Source: an uncultured Gemmatimonadales bacterium (lineage in GTDB: Bacteria; Gemmatimonadota; Gemmatimonadetes; Longimicrobiales; RSA9). Taken from it: a stretch of DNA of 64,000 nt. Position 1 is the stretch's first letter. The number at the start of each line of letters is the position of its first letter. Made by a program: the position numbers and the translations under genes. A model generated the notes under the pieces. That model was not told the DNA's origin. It did not search any database and worked only from the letters and a program-made list of their open reading frames with translations. The stretch covers positions 1,088,001 to 1,152,000 of the forward strand of contig CAWCRS010000007.1 in NCBI GenBank assembly GCA_963798085.1. The letters run 5' to 3'. This document shows positions 31,788 to 43,440 of this stretch, piece after piece.

Positions 31788-32745
31788 CACGACCGTCGAG
31801 CACCGCCTCACCACGGAAGGGGCGGACTACCTGCTTCTGGCCGGCGTGAACGATGCCCACCTCCAGGAGCTGGCCAGACTCTCCAACTGCCGCGTCATCC
31901 TGCGTGGCGATCACATGATTCTCTCGGGCAGGGTAGCCGATGTGGAGCGCGTGGTACCCGTCGCGGAGCGTCTGATCCAGCAGGCAAGGATGGCGAGGCC
32001 GTTCGGGACGGAGGACATCCGGCGTGCGTGGCAGACCGGTGCGGGCGTCGAGAACGGGACCCGCGTTCTCGAGGAAGGCCGCGCGCCGCTGGCCGGACTG
32101 CGCAAGCTGATCTCCGCGAAGTCGGATGGCCAGCTCGCATACCTCGATGCGATCGCTCGTAATGACGTGGTAGTCGCCATCGGTCCGGCCGGCACGGGCA
32201 AGACGTATCTCGCCGTGGCGGCGGCACTGGATGCGCTGCGCAAGAATCGCATTCGTCGCATCGTCCTGGCGCGGCCCGCCGTGGAGGCGGGAGAGAGTCT
32301 GGGCTTCCTGCCGGGCGATGTGCACGAGAAGGTGGACCCGTACCTGCGTCCGCTCTACGATGCGCTCGAAGACCTGATGCCCACGGACTGGGTGCGTCGC
32401 TCCATCGAATCGCGCACCATCGAGATCGCGCCGCTGGCCTACATGCGCGGACGCACACTCTCGGACGCGTTCGTGATCCTGGATGAGGCACAGAACGCGA
32501 CCAGCATGCAGATGAAGATGTTCCTGACGCGGCTGGGTCTCAATTCGCGCGTTGTGGTTACCGGCGACAAGACGCAGATCGACCTGCCGCGCAGCGATGA
32601 CTCGGGTCTGCTGCAGATCGAGCGCATCCTGCGCGGCATTGAAGGCATCGATTTCATTTACCTGGACGAGCGTGACGTGGTACGGCACCGGCTCGTGAAG
32701 GAAATCATCCGGGCGTACGAGGACGCCGGACGCCAGGATTCCTGA
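31780..32745 (+). CDS. PhoH-like ATPase
   Basis: GPAGTGKT, RPAVEAGE.LGFLPG, MRGRTL, DEAQN, VVRH. Confidence 0.95.
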   Translation: MDSTTVEHRLTTEGADYLLLAGVNDAHLQELARLSNCRVILRGDHMILSGRVADVERVVPVAERLIQQARMARPFGTEDIRRAWQTGAGVENGTRVLEEGRAPLAGLRKLISAKSDGQLAYLDAIARNDVVVAIGPAGTGKTYLAVAAALDALRKNRIRRIVLARPAVEAGESLGFLPGDVHEKVDPYLRPLYDALEDLMPTDWVRRSIESRTIEIAPLAYMRGRTLSDAFVILDEAQNATSMQMKMFLTRLGLNSRVVVTGDKTQIDLPRSDDSGLLQIERILRGIEGIDFIYLDERDVVRHRLVKEIIRAYEDAGRQDS

Positions 32746-32746
32746 C

Positions 32747-35024
32747 ATGGCGCCCGGCACCGGATTCCGTGGTTTTCTGGATACGCTCGACCACCGTCCG
32801 GAGGGTGCGTGGCCCGAGGGCATCCGGCATCACGGCGCCCGCTTCCTGCTGCTGCTGGCGCTCGCCCTGCTCACCTCACTGCTGTTTCCGGTAGCGCCCG
32901 TCCCCGACTTTCCCGCGGTCGAAAAAGGCATGGTGCTGCCGCGCGACATCATCGCGCAGATCGACTTCGACGTGAAGAAGCCGGAGGCGGAGCTGCTGCG
33001 CGAGCGCGAGCAGGCGGCGGCCGCCGTGGCGCCCATCTTCCGCTACGACTCGGCAGCGATGGACACGATGCGCGTGCGCGTGGATTCGCTGCTCGCGCGC
33101 ATCGATCACGCCTTCACGAGTAGTGGCGAAGCGGCCGGAAGTGGAAGCGCGCGCGCGCTCCGTGCTGGCCGGCTACTCGCTGCCCACGCGTCCGGATGTG
33201 ATCGCGCTGCTGCACGTGCACGGCAATCGTACGGCACTGCGGCGCTCGCTGTCGCAGACGCTGTCGCGCGACCTGCAGGCGGGCGTGGCCCGGGCGGCCG
33301 AGCTGCAGAACAGCGTGGCGCCGCGCGTCCGCATCATCCGCAACGGCACGGACCAGCTGGTGGCCCGGGAAGAAGTGCCCACGGGCGAACGAGTGCGCGA
33401 GTCCGCCGCGCGCAACCTGCCCATGGATGCGCCCGCCGGCCTGGCCGAATTCCAGAAACTCGTGCTCATCGGGCTGTTTCAGCCAACACTGCGTTATGAC
33501 CGGAGCGCCACCGAGACCGAGCGGCAGAGCGCGCGCAACGCGGTGCCCGAGGTGAAGGCCAGCGTGGTGGCGGGCGAGCGCGTGATCGGTGCGCACGAGC
33601 GCATTGATGACGACGATGTGCAGCGGCTGCAGGCGTACGAATCGAAGCTGGCCGCGCAGGGCCGACTGCGGCCGGGACCGGCCCGCCTGGCGAGGGCCGG
33701 CGGCGGCTTCATCCTCAATGCGCTGCTGCTCGCGATCTTCGGCGTGATGCTGTTGTTCTACCGGCAGCCGATCTACCACAGCCCGCGCGGCATGCTGCTG
33801 CTGGCCACCCTGTACATGGCGGTGCTCGTGCCCGCGGCCGTCATTGCGCGCGGCGGGTCCTCGACACTGCTCATCCCCATTGCCTTCCCGGTACTGGTGG
33901 CGGCGGTCCTGTGGGAGGGGCGCATGGCGCTCGCCTTCGCCCTGGTGCTGGCCATTGTACTGGGCGCGCAGGCGCCGCTGGGCGATCTCTCGGTGCGCGT
34001 ACAGCTGGCGGCCGCGGGTGCGGCGGCGGCACTGTGCGTGCGCGTCGTGCACCGCCGTGCGCACGGCCTGATCCTGGGCATCATCGTGGCCGGCGCCTAC
34101 CTGCTGGTTAGCCTGGGCGTGGGCCTGCTGCTCTCCTGGTCGCCGGGCACCATGGCATTGGCGGCGGCGCTGGGCTCCGCCAACGGCATCGGCTGTGCGC
34201 TCATCGCGGTGGGCCTCATGCCGCTGTTCGAAGCGTGGACGGGCATCACCACGGACCAGACACTGCTCGAGCTGGCCGACCTGAACGGTCCGGTGCTCAA
34301 GCGGCTCTCCCTCGAAGCGGGCGGCACGTACGCGCACTCCGTCAATGTCGCGCATCTCGCGGAGGCTGCGGCGCGCGCGATTGGCGCCAATCCCGTGCTG
34401 GCCAGGGTGGGCGCGTACTATCACGACATTGGCAAGCTGGCGGCGCCCCAGTACTTCGTCGAGAACCAGGTCAGCGGGCGCAACCCGCACGACCGGCTGT
34501 CGCCCGAGGAATCGGTGGCGGTGATCCGCGGCCACGTGAGCGAAGGCGAACGCATGGCGGAGCAGGCCAAGCTGCCCGAGTGCGTGCGCGCGTTCATTCC
34601 CGAGCATCACGGGACGCAGCTGATCGGCTTCTTTTTCGAGAAGGCGAAGCAGCGCGACGGCGGCAGTCCGGATCCCGCGGAGTACTCGTATGGCGGGCCG
34701 CGGCCGCGCAGCCGCGAGACCGCGATCCTGCTGCTCGCCGATTCCGTCGAGTCCGCGACCAAGGTGCTGGACGATCCCACACCCGATCGCATTCGCGAGC
34801 TGGTCGATCGCATTGTGCAGGGCAAGATCGACCGCGGCCAGCTGGACGATGCGCCCTTCACGATGCGTGATCTGAGCCGCGTCCGGCAGGCGTTCGTCAA
34901 GGTACTCAGCGGCATGTACCACCATAGAATTGACTATCCGGCCTCCGCGATCGGTGTCGAGCACAAGCCGCTCGCGGAGGGGCCGAGCCCGGCGACCGGC
35001 ACGCCCGCGGGCCGCGGGCAGTGA
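32747..35024 (+). CDS. 7TM-HD (HDIG) phosphohydrolase, PgpH-like; frameshift near 33120
   Basis: N-terminal TM + extracellular domain, multiple TMs, GTYAHS, YYHDIGK, EHHGT, LADSVE; phoH-X-ybeY context. Confidence 0.88.
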
Positions 35025-35461
35025 CGCTGCGGATCCAGGTGCAGTCGGGTGGCCGCACCCCCGCCCGCCGCGGCGATGTGGCCATTGTGCGCCGCGCCAC
35101 GCGCACTACGCTCGAGCAACTCGGTGTTACCGATGCCGAGCTTTCCATCACGCTGCTGCGGGACCGCGCCATGGCCAGGCTGAATCGGGAACACCTCGAG
35201 CACGACGGCACCACGGATGTCCTCAGCTTTGCGCTGTTCGACGGCGGTGAGGCGCCTGTGGGCGACATCTACATTGGCGTGGAGCAGGCTGCGCGGCAGG
35301 CGGAAGCACTGGCGGTACCGCTGCGCGAGGAGCTGGCGAGGCTCGCGATCCACGGCACCCTGCACGTGCTGGGACACGATCATCCGGCAGGCAGAAACAG
35401 GGAACGCAGCCGCATGTGGCGCGTTCAGGAACGCATCCTGGCGACGGTGATGGCAACGTGA
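35021..35461 (+). CDS. ybeY: rRNA maturation endoribonuclease YbeY
   Basis: TDVLSF, GDIYI, HGTLHVLGHDH. Confidence 0.95.
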   Translation: MTLRIQVQSGGRTPARRGDVAIVRRATRTTLEQLGVTDAELSITLLRDRAMARLNREHLEHDGTTDVLSFALFDGGEAPVGDIYIGVEQAARQAEALAVPLREELARLAIHGTLHVLGHDHPAGRNRERSRMWRVQERILATVMAT

Positions 35462-36139
35462 CGGGCGGGTTCATCCGGAAACGCATTCCGCCGGCGGCTG
35501 ATCGCCGGGCTGGTGGTGATCGCGCCACTGACGGCGACGTTGTTCGTGCTCTGGTGGATCTTCCAGCTGCTGGACGGTCTGCTGGGCCGTTTCCTGTATC
35601 CGGCGCTGGCGCGCTACATCCCGTGGATCGGCCTGCTGCCGGGGCTCGGTCTGATCGCGCTGCTGCTGCTGCTCCTGCTCGTGGGCTGGATCGCGGAGCG
35701 CGCCATTGGCTCGCGCATCGTGCGCGCCTACCAGCGCCTGCTCGAGCGCATCCCGGTGACCCGGCGCATCTACAGCGCTGCGAACCGCATTGTTCGCACG
35801 GTATTCGGCCAGGGCCGGCGCCCCTTCAACGTGGTGGTGCTGATCGAGTATCCCTCGCCCGGGCGCTGGTCCATCGGTTTCCTTGCCGCCGCGGCGCCCG
35901 CGGTGGTGCAGGCGTATGTGCCGGACTCCGTATCGGTGTTCGTGCCGACAACGCCCAATCCGACGTCCGGCTGGTTCGTCATCGTGCCGCGCACCAGCCT
36001 CATCGTGCTGCCCATGACCGTGGATGAAGCCTTCACGCTGATCCTGTCCGGCGGTGCCGCCGTGCCGGAATCGGACCGCACGTCGCACGCTGCTGTGATC
36101 CCGGCCCTGCACCCGCCCGTATCGCCCGTGGAATCATGA
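35458..36139 (+). CDS. DUF502 membrane protein (+1 indel near 35488)
   Basis: LIAGLVVIAP, RIP..R.IY, VFVPTTPNPTSG. Confidence 0.9.
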
Positions 36140-37788
36140 AGCGCTGGCGCCGTGCGTTCCGCATCATGACGAGCCTGCTCCCGTTCGTCGTGGCGTTCCT
36201 GCGCGACCGCCGCCGCTTCATCCTGTTCGGCCGGCCCGCAAGGCGGAACCCCGATGTGCACCAGCTGCGCGCGGACCGACTGACGCTGACCATCGCGTCG
36301 CTGGGTCCCACGTTCATCAAGCTGGCGCAGGTGTTCAGTGCGCGCGCCGACATTCTGCCGGAGCCGTACCTGTCCAGTGTCAGCCGCCTGCAGGATCGCG
36401 TGCCGGCCGATCCGTTCGACGCCATCGAGCACGTGCTGATCGCGGAGCTGGGCAAACCGCCCGACGAAGCGTTCGAGGATTTCGTGCAGGAGCCGGTGGC
36501 GGCGGCCAGTCTGGGGCAGGTGTACCGTGCCCGCCTGGGCGGCCGCGAGGTCGCGGTGAAGGTGCTGCGTCCCGGTGTCGAGGAAGTCGTGGCCATCGAC
36601 CTGGAGATTTCCTTCCGGCTGCTTTTCCTGCTGAATGTCCTGTTCCGCAACCATCACATTCGCGCGCTGACCAGTGTGGTGCGCGAGTTCAGCGTGAAGG
36701 TGCGCGAGGAGATGGACTTCCGGCAGGAAGCCGCCAATATGGCGAGGTTCCACAAACACTTCGATAGCGACCCGCGCGTGCGCGCGCCGCAGGTGGTCGA
36801 GAGTCTGGTGCGCCAGCGCGTGCTGGTCATGGAATGGGTGTCGGGCGACAAGGTGGATCAGCTGCAGTCGCGCTTCGCCGCCGGCTCGCTCAGCTTCCGC
36901 CAGCTCATGGAGACGCTGACCGAGACTTACCTGCGCATGCTGCTGGTGGATGGATTTCTGCACGCCGATCCGCACCCGGGCAACATTGTCGTGGAAGAGA
37001 ATGGCACGGTCGTGTTCCTCGACTGGGGCATGGCCGTGCAACTGGACCGCTCCGCGCGCGACCACATCCTGCGCACGGCCATGGCCGCGGGACGCAACGA
37101 TCTGGACGGCATCATCAACGGCATGTACGCGCTGGGCATGATCGATCCCAACATCTCGCGCAGCGAGATCCGCGACGCGGCCGTCGAGATCCTCGACATT
37201 GTCGAGCGTATGCGTGAGCTGGGGCAGCGGCGGGTGCAGGAGATGGTGCAGGAGATCATGGACACGTTCTACACCTTCCCGCTGCTGCTGCCGCCGCAGC
37301 TGGTGTACTTCTTCAGGGCGACGACGCTGCTCGAAGGCATCGGGCTGCGCTACGATCCGGCGTTCAACGGGCTCGAGGTCGTGCGTCCCGTGGTGCGGCG
37401 CATGCGCGGTGAGCTGCTGCAGGCGACGGCGCGCCAGCCGCGCGAGATCGCGCTGGGCGTGATGGACGAGGTGCGCACCGGCTTTTCCGCGATCCGCGAC
37501 GTCATTGCCCGTGCCGAGCGCGAGGAATTCCGCGTCCGCATCCATCCCCGTGATGTGACCCAGGCCGAGCGCTTCCTGCAGCTCCAGGTGCGGCGCATCC
37601 TGGTCAGCATCTTTGCGCTCACCGTCGCGCTCATCACCGCGATCACCTATCTCGCGGAGCATAACTTCTGGTTACTGGTGGGCGGCCTGACACTCTCTTT
37701 CATCACCTTCGTGGTGGTGCTCTTCCTGCCGGTGCACCTGCTGGAGAATCCGCTGCGGCATGCGCGCGGCCTGCGCTCCGAGCGTTGA
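36136..37788 (+). CDS. AarF/UbiB (ABC1) family atypical kinase
   Basis: LGPTFIKLAQ, AAASLGQVY, VAVKV.RP, HADPHPGN, LDWGM. Confidence 0.93.
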   Translation: MKRWRRAFRIMTSLLPFVVAFLRDRRRFILFGRPARRNPDVHQLRADRLTLTIASLGPTFIKLAQVFSARADILPEPYLSSVSRLQDRVPADPFDAIEHVLIAELGKPPDEAFEDFVQEPVAAASLGQVYRARLGGREVAVKVLRPGVEEVVAIDLEISFRLLFLLNVLFRNHHIRALTSVVREFSVKVREEMDFRQEAANMARFHKHFDSDPRVRAPQVVESLVRQRVLVMEWVSGDKVDQLQSRFAAGSLSFRQLMETLTETYLRMLLVDGFLHADPHPGNIVVEENGTVVFLDWGMAVQLDRSARDHILRTAMAAGRNDLDGIINGMYALGMIDPNISRSEIRDAAVEILDIVERMRELGQRRVQEMVQEIMDTFYTFPLLLPPQLVYFFRATTLLEGIGLRYDPAFNGLEVVRPVVRRMRGELLQATARQPREIALGVMDEVRTGFSAIRDVIARAEREEFRVRIHPRDVTQAERFLQLQVRRILVSIFALTVALITAITYLAEHNFWLLVGGLTLSFITFVVVLFLPVHLLENPLRHARGLRSER

Positions 37789-37820
37789 CACGCCATGCGC
37801 GCGGCGGACAAGTTGACGCG

Positions 37821-38930
37821 ATGAGCGAGGGCTCCAGGCCTGTCAGTGCGGACAGCGCGATTGCCGAGCTGGTGCGCCGGCTGCAGAGCGGCGCGCGTCC
37901 GGCGCTGGCGCGCGCCATATCGATCGTGGAGAACCAGGTTCCCGGATTCCGCGACCTGCTGCACGCGCTGCACCCGGATGCGGGGCGTGCGCAGCGTATC
38001 GGCATTACGGGTCCGCCTGGCGCGGGCAAGTCGACGCTCGTCAATGCGCTGATCACGCGTTATCGCGCGGCCGGCCTGACCGTGGCCGTCATTGCCGTCG
38101 ACCCGACATCGCCTTTCACCGGCGGTGCCCTGCTCGGCGACCGCATCCGCATGAACGAGATCAGCATGGATGCGGGGGTGTTCGTCCGCTCGATGGCGAC
38201 GCGCGGCTCCGTGGGCGGCCTGGCTCTTACCACGGAGGAAGTGGCCGACGTCCTCGATGCCGCGGGCTACGACCGCATCCTCATCGAGACGGTGGGTGTC
38301 GGCCAGACCGAGCTGGACATCGCGGCCGCGGCCGATACCACAGTCGTGGTGCTCGTGCCCGAGTCCGGCGATGGCATCCAGGCCATGAAGGCAGGGCTCA
38401 TGGAAGTCTCCGACCTGTTCGTCATCAACAAGTCGGACCGGCCGGGCGCCGATCGCATGGCTCGCGACATCTCGATGATGCTGCACCTGCGGGCAGGCCG
38501 GCTGATGCGGAATGTCCCGGCGCACCACGGTGTCGATATGCGACGTGCCGCGCGTTCCTCGAAGGGCGAAGCGGACAGTGCCCGGCCGTCAGCCAGGCCC
38601 GCTCGCGTCGAGGCCGCGACCGCTGCGGCACAGGCCTGGGAGATTCCGGTGCTGGAGACCGTTGCCGATACGGGTGAGGGCGTGGCGCCGGTGATCGAAG
38701 CGCTGGACCGGCATTTCGAATGGCTGCAGGAGAGCGGGGAACGGGAGCAGCGGCGGCAGGCGAGAGTGCTGGAGCGCGTACGCGAGGAAGTGGAGCGGAC
38801 GGTGCGTCGTCGCATATGGCAGGAAAAGGGTGGGGATGCGTTGCTGGCGCAGGCCGCCGATGCGCTCGCCCGGCGCGCGCAGTCGCCCTACGAAGTGGCG
38901 TCGGCCATTATCCGTGCTACGATCGGTTAG
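37821..38930 (+). CDS. meaB: MeaB/ArgK GTPase chaperone of B12 mutase
   Basis: GPPGAGKST, DPTSP.TGG.LLGDR.RM, ETVGVGQ, NKSD. Confidence 0.93.
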   Translation: MSEGSRPVSADSAIAELVRRLQSGARPALARAISIVENQVPGFRDLLHALHPDAGRAQRIGITGPPGAGKSTLVNALITRYRAAGLTVAVIAVDPTSPFTGGALLGDRIRMNEISMDAGVFVRSMATRGSVGGLALTTEEVADVLDAAGYDRILIETVGVGQTELDIAAAADTTVVVLVPESGDGIQAMKAGLMEVSDLFVINKSDRPGADRMARDISMMLHLRAGRLMRNVPAHHGVDMRRAARSSKGEADSARPSARPARVEAATAAAQAWEIPVLETVADTGEGVAPVIEALDRHFEWLQESGEREQRRQARVLERVREEVERTVRRRIWQEKGGDALLAQAADALARRAQSPYEVASAIIRATIG

Positions 38931-39013
38931 TCGCATGTCACGCAGCCGCGGAATCCGCAGCGCGCGGCGGGGGTAGTCAGAACGTTGGACCCTACGACAG
39001 CGGATGGTGAGCG

Positions 39014-40747
39014 ATGGGCCTGTTGAATGCCGATGCCCGCAGCGGGCATGCCACGGCCGGCATGGCGGAGCGCCTCGAGCAGCAGGAGCGCGAGATCCAG
39101 GCGCTGCGCACTCGCCTGGCCGAATGGGAAGCTGATTTCGACCGGCTGCCCTGGCGCCTGCCCGAGTACGGCACGGTTTCGGGAGCGCCCATTGCGCCAC
39201 TGTACACGCCGGCGGATCTCGAAGCGGACTGGGACTACCTCGAGAAGCTGGGCGTACCCGGCGAATACCCGTTCACGCGCGGTCCCTACACCTCAATGTA
39301 CCGCACGCGGCTCTGGACCATGCGACAGTTCGCGGGCTTCGGCACGGCGGAGGAGACGAACCAGCGCTACAAGTACCTGCTCGACCACGGTCAGACCGGT
39401 TTGAGCGTGGCATTCGACTTTCCCACGCTGATGGGCTACGACTCGGACCATCCGCGGTCGCTCGGGGAAGTGGGTAAGTGCGGTGTCGCCATTTCGAGTC
39501 TGGCGGACATGGAGACCCTGTTCGACGGCATTCCGCTGGACCAGGTGTCCGTCTCCATGACCATCAACGGTCCCGCCATCATGCTGTTCTGTTTCTATGT
39601 GGTCGCGGCGGAGAAACAGGGTGTCAGTCCGGCGCAGCTGCGCGGCACCGTGCAGAACGACATCCTGAAGGAGTACATGGCGCAGCACGCCTGGATCTAT
39701 CCGGTCGAGCCGGCGCTCAGCCTGATCGTCGACATGTTCGCGTGGACGTCCCAGCACGCGCAGAAGTACAATCCCATTTCCATCAGCGGCTACCACATCC
39801 GTGAAGCAGGCGCTACCGCGGCGCAGGAGCTCGCCTTCACGCTGCGCAACGGCTTCGAGTACGTGGAGCGTGGCATTGCGCGCGGGCTCGATGTCGACGC
39901 GTTCGCGCCGCGACTTTCCTTCTTCTTCGATGTACACAACGAATTCTTCGAGGAGATCGCGAAGTTCCGCGCGGCCCGGCGCATCTGGGCGCGCCGTCTG
40001 CGCGACGTATACGGTGCGGAGAAGGAAGAGTCGTGGCGACTGCGCACACACGCGCAGACCGCCGGAGTGACACTGGTCGCGCAGCAGCCGGAGAACAACA
40101 TCGTGCGCGTCGCGTACCAGGCGCTGGCCGCGGTGCTGGGTGGCACGCAGTCGCTGCACACCAACTCGATGGATGAGACGCTGGCGCTGCCCACGGAGAA
40201 ATCCGTGCGCATTGCGCTGCGCACACAGCAGATCCTGGCGCACGAGACGGGTGTGCCGCACACCATCGACCCGCTGGCCGGTTCCTATTACCTCGAAGCA
40301 CTGACCGACCGCATGGAGCGCGAGGCGGAGGAGATCTTCGAAGAGATCGATCGCTTCGGCGGTGTCGTGGCCGGCATTGAAGGCGGCTACTTCCAGCGCG
40401 AGATCGCGCTGAGCGCGCAACGGCAACAGCTGGCGCTGGAGGCGGGCACGCTGGAGGTGGTGGGCGTGAACGCGTTCACCGAGGGCAACGGCGACTCCGC
40501 CATTGACATCCTGAAGATCGGGAACGAACCGGAGCAGTGGCAGCGGGAACGACTCGCCCGGCTGCGTGCTTCGCGTGACAGCAGGCGAGTCGAGCGGTCG
40601 CTGGTGGCACTGCGCAGGGCTGCGGAACACCAGGAGAATGTGGTCGAGCCGATGCTGGAGTGCGTCCGCGCGTACTGCACGCTGTTCGAGATCCGCCACG
40701 CGCTCGAGCTGGAGTTCGGCGCCTACCGGGAGCCCATATTCTTCTGA
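39014..40747 (+). CDS. Acyl-CoA mutase large subunit, isobutyryl-CoA mutase-type
   Basis: PFTRG, WTMRQFAGF, QNDILKEYMAQ, SISGYHIREAG, HTNSMDE; no B12-binding domain. Confidence 0.85.
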   Translation: MGLLNADARSGHATAGMAERLEQQEREIQALRTRLAEWEADFDRLPWRLPEYGTVSGAPIAPLYTPADLEADWDYLEKLGVPGEYPFTRGPYTSMYRTRLWTMRQFAGFGTAEETNQRYKYLLDHGQTGLSVAFDFPTLMGYDSDHPRSLGEVGKCGVAISSLADMETLFDGIPLDQVSVSMTINGPAIMLFCFYVVAAEKQGVSPAQLRGTVQNDILKEYMAQHAWIYPVEPALSLIVDMFAWTSQHAQKYNPISISGYHIREAGATAAQELAFTLRNGFEYVERGIARGLDVDAFAPRLSFFFDVHNEFFEEIAKFRAARRIWARRLRDVYGAEKEESWRLRTHAQTAGVTLVAQQPENNIVRVAYQALAAVLGGTQSLHTNSMDETLALPTEKSVRIALRTQQILAHETGVPHTIDPLAGSYYLEALTDRMEREAEEIFEEIDRFGGVVAGIEGGYFQREIALSAQRQQLALEAGTLEVVGVNAFTEGNGDSAIDILKIGNEPEQWQRERLARLRASRDSRRVERSLVALRRAAEHQENVVEPMLECVRAYCTLFEIRHALELEFGAYREPIFF

Positions 40748-40782
40748 CGCGACATCGTCCGGAACGGGACGCGTAACGTCTG

Positions 40783-42146
40783 ATGCCCCAGGATCCCTCC
40801 GCCGCTCAGGCCGCCATCAGCCTGGTCGGCTATGTCTGGCGTCTGAGTGTCGTACTCCTGCTGGTTCTGGCCAATGCCTTCTTCGTGACTGCGGAGTTCG
40901 CGCTGGTCGGCGCCCGGCGTACGCGCATCTCCAGCCTGGCTGCGAGCGGCAACGCCATGGCGAGGATGGCGAAGTACGCGCTCTCGCATCTCGATCGCTT
41001 CATATCAGGCACACAACTGGGCATTACACTGGCCTCGCTGGCCCTCGGCTGGGTGGGCGAGTCGACGGTTTCCGCGCTCATCAGCTTCACCTTCCATGGG
41101 CTGCCCGCATCCGTGGGATGTCGTGGCCACGCACGCCGTCGCCGGCACCATCGCCTTCGTGTGCATCACCTTCCTGCATATCGTGCTGGGCGAGCTGGTG
41201 CCGAAATCGCTGGCGCTGCTCTATCCCGAGACCATGACGCTGTGGACCGCGGGGCCGCTCATTGTTTTCGCGAAAGCACTGACACCGTTCATCAGCGCGC
41301 TCAATGGCACGGCCAACCTGCTGCTGCGCGTGATCGGGCTGCGCGCGCCCCGGGAAAGCTCGAGCGTGCACCGGCCCGAGGAGATCGAGATGCTTGTAAC
41401 ACAGAGTTATGAGCACGGCCTGCTGCGCGAGGAGCCGGTGGAAATGATCCGCGGCGTCTTCCACCTGTCGGAGACCACGGCCGCCGAGGTCATGACCCCG
41501 CGCACCGGAGATGATCGCGCTGCCGGTGGAATCGTCCATGGAGCGCGCGGCTGATTTCATCCTGGCCGAGGGACACTCGCGCTATCCCGTCTACGAAGGC
41601 AACATGGACCACATTGTGGGCGTGGTGCTGGCGCGTGAGGTGTGGAAGGCGCAGCGCGACGGCGTCACCGCGCTGCGCGCCGTGGTGCGCGACGTGCCCT
41701 TCGTTCCCGATACCAAGTCCGTGGAAGCACTGTTGCGCGACATGCAGCGCGCGCAGACGCACATGGCGGTCGTGATCGACGAGTTCGGGGGCACGGCCGG
41801 CATCGTGACCATTGAGGACGTCGTCGAGGAGATCGTCGGCGAAATCTCCGACGAACTGGACGAGAAGCCGCCCGAGTTCATCGAAACCGATGGCCGCGTC
41901 GAGCTGCGCGGCAATACACCCATCAGCGCACTCAACGACCGCTACGGGCTGACCCTGCCCGACGAGGACTTCACGACCGTCGGGGGCTTCATGCTGGGTC
42001 GGCTGGGCCGGGTGGCACGGGTGGGTGATGAAGTGACCATGCCGCACGGCATCCTGCGCGTGCTGTCCATGAAGGGCCGGCGTGTCGACCGGCTGGCGCT
42101 GACACTGAAGAAGGAGCCCAAGCAGCTGGATGTGGAGGAGGTGTGA
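40783..42146 (+). CDS. HlyC/CorC (CNNM + CBS + CorC_HlyC) family transporter; two +1 indels (~41110, ~41507)
   Basis: NAFFV.AEFA, QLGIT, GELVPK, MTPR, HSRYPV, DEFGGTAG, EEIVGEI.DE. Confidence 0.9.
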
Positions 42147-42943
42147 GCCGGGCTCACAGCGTCGCCGCGGTTCCCTGGTGGCGCACGCTGTTCGACGACG
42201 CCTGGCTGCGCCTGCACGAGCCGCTCTTCCCGCCGGAGCAGAGCCGGCGCGAAGTGGCGGGCATGATCGGGCTGCTGGGTCTGCCCCTGGGCGCGCGCGT
42301 GCTGGACGTGCCCTGCGGCTGGGGGCGCCATACCCGTCTGCTGCGGGAGGCCGGCCTGCGCGCGGTCGGTGCCGACCTGTCACGCGACATGCTGCGCGCC
42401 GCGCGCGGCGCTGGCCCGCGCCGGCAGGCAATCCCGTGCGCCGCTGCCGATGTGCGCACACTGCCGTTCCGCGATGCCAGCTTCGATGCGGTGATCAATG
42501 TGTGCACCGGCTTCGGTCTTTTCGGTCGCGATCAGGACGACGTGCGCGCGCTGCGCGAGCAGCGGCGCGTGCTGGCGCCCGGCGGTGCCCTGCTCATCGA
42601 GACCATGCACCGCGACGAAATCGTGCGCGGGTATGCCGAGCGCGATGCGTGGCAGCTGCCTGACGGTACACGCGTGGCTGCGCGGCGCCGGTTCGACCCG
42701 CTCACCGGCATGAGCCACGAAGTGTGGCGCTGGCGCCGCGGCAGTGAGAGCGGCGAAAAGCGACACACACTGCTGCTGCGCACGGCGGGCGATGTCGCTC
42801 GCCTGGTGCAACGCGCCGGATTCCGGCGGCTGCGCGCGTTCGGCGGCTGGGAAGGCGACGCATTCACGCACCGCTCGCCGCACCTGATCCTGCTCGCCGT
42901 CGCGCCGCCCGCTCGCTTGCGAGAGGGGCCGGCCGCGCGGTAA
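42143..42943 (+). CDS. Class I SAM-dependent methyltransferase
   Basis: VLDVPCGWGRH, GADLS..ML, LPFRDASFDAV, LAPGG. Confidence 0.9.
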   Translation: MSRAHSVAAVPWWRTLFDDAWLRLHEPLFPPEQSRREVAGMIGLLGLPLGARVLDVPCGWGRHTRLLREAGLRAVGADLSRDMLRAARGAGPRRQAIPCAAADVRTLPFRDASFDAVINVCTGFGLFGRDQDDVRALREQRRVLAPGGALLIETMHRDEIVRGYAERDAWQLPDGTRVAARRRFDPLTGMSHEVWRWRRGSESGEKRHTLLLRTAGDVARLVQRAGFRRLRAFGGWEGDAFTHRSPHLILLAVAPPARLREGPAAR

Positions 42944-42988
42944 GGTCATGCGCAATCTGACAGTTCACGACCCGGCAAACAGGCAGGC

Positions 42989-43426
42989 ATGACGCAACGC
43001 AAGATCCGCGTGCTGGTCGCCAAGCCCGGCCTCGATGGTCACGATCGCGGCGCGAAGGTCATCGCCAGCGCGTTCCGCGATGCCGGCTTCGAGGTCATCT
43101 ACACGGGACTGCACCAGACGCCCGAGAATGATCGTGAATGCCGCCGTTCAGGAAGATGTCGACGTCGTCGCCCTCTCCATACTCTCCGGCGCGCACATGA
43201 CGCTGTTTCCGCGCGTGCTCGAGCTGCTGCGCGCCGAGGGCATGGACGACGTGCTCATCATCGGAGGCGGCATCATACCCGAGGAAGACATTGCCGCGCT
43301 CGAAGCGGCCGGCGTCGCGAAGCTGTTCGGTCCGGGCACACCGACATCCGCCCCGATCGACTACGTGCGCGAGCATTTCACGGCGCAGGGCCGTGGCGCT
43401 GCGACCGGCCGCAGTCGAAGAGCTGA
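42989..43426 (+). CDS. Cobalamin-binding small subunit of acyl-CoA mutase (+1 indel ~43127; end uncertain)
   Basis: [10 protein letters not shown] (DxHxxG), SILSGAH, GGIIP, FGPGT across two frames. Confidence 0.9.
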   Translation: MTQRKIRVLVAKPGLDGHDRGAKVIASAFRDAGFEVIYTGLHQTPENDRECRRSGRCRRRRPLHTLRRAHDAVSARARAAARRGHGRRAHHRRRHHTRGRHCRARSGRRREAVRSGHTDIRPDRLRARAFHGAGPWRCDRPQSKS

Positions 43427-43440
43427 CGCAAGCGCTGCGT

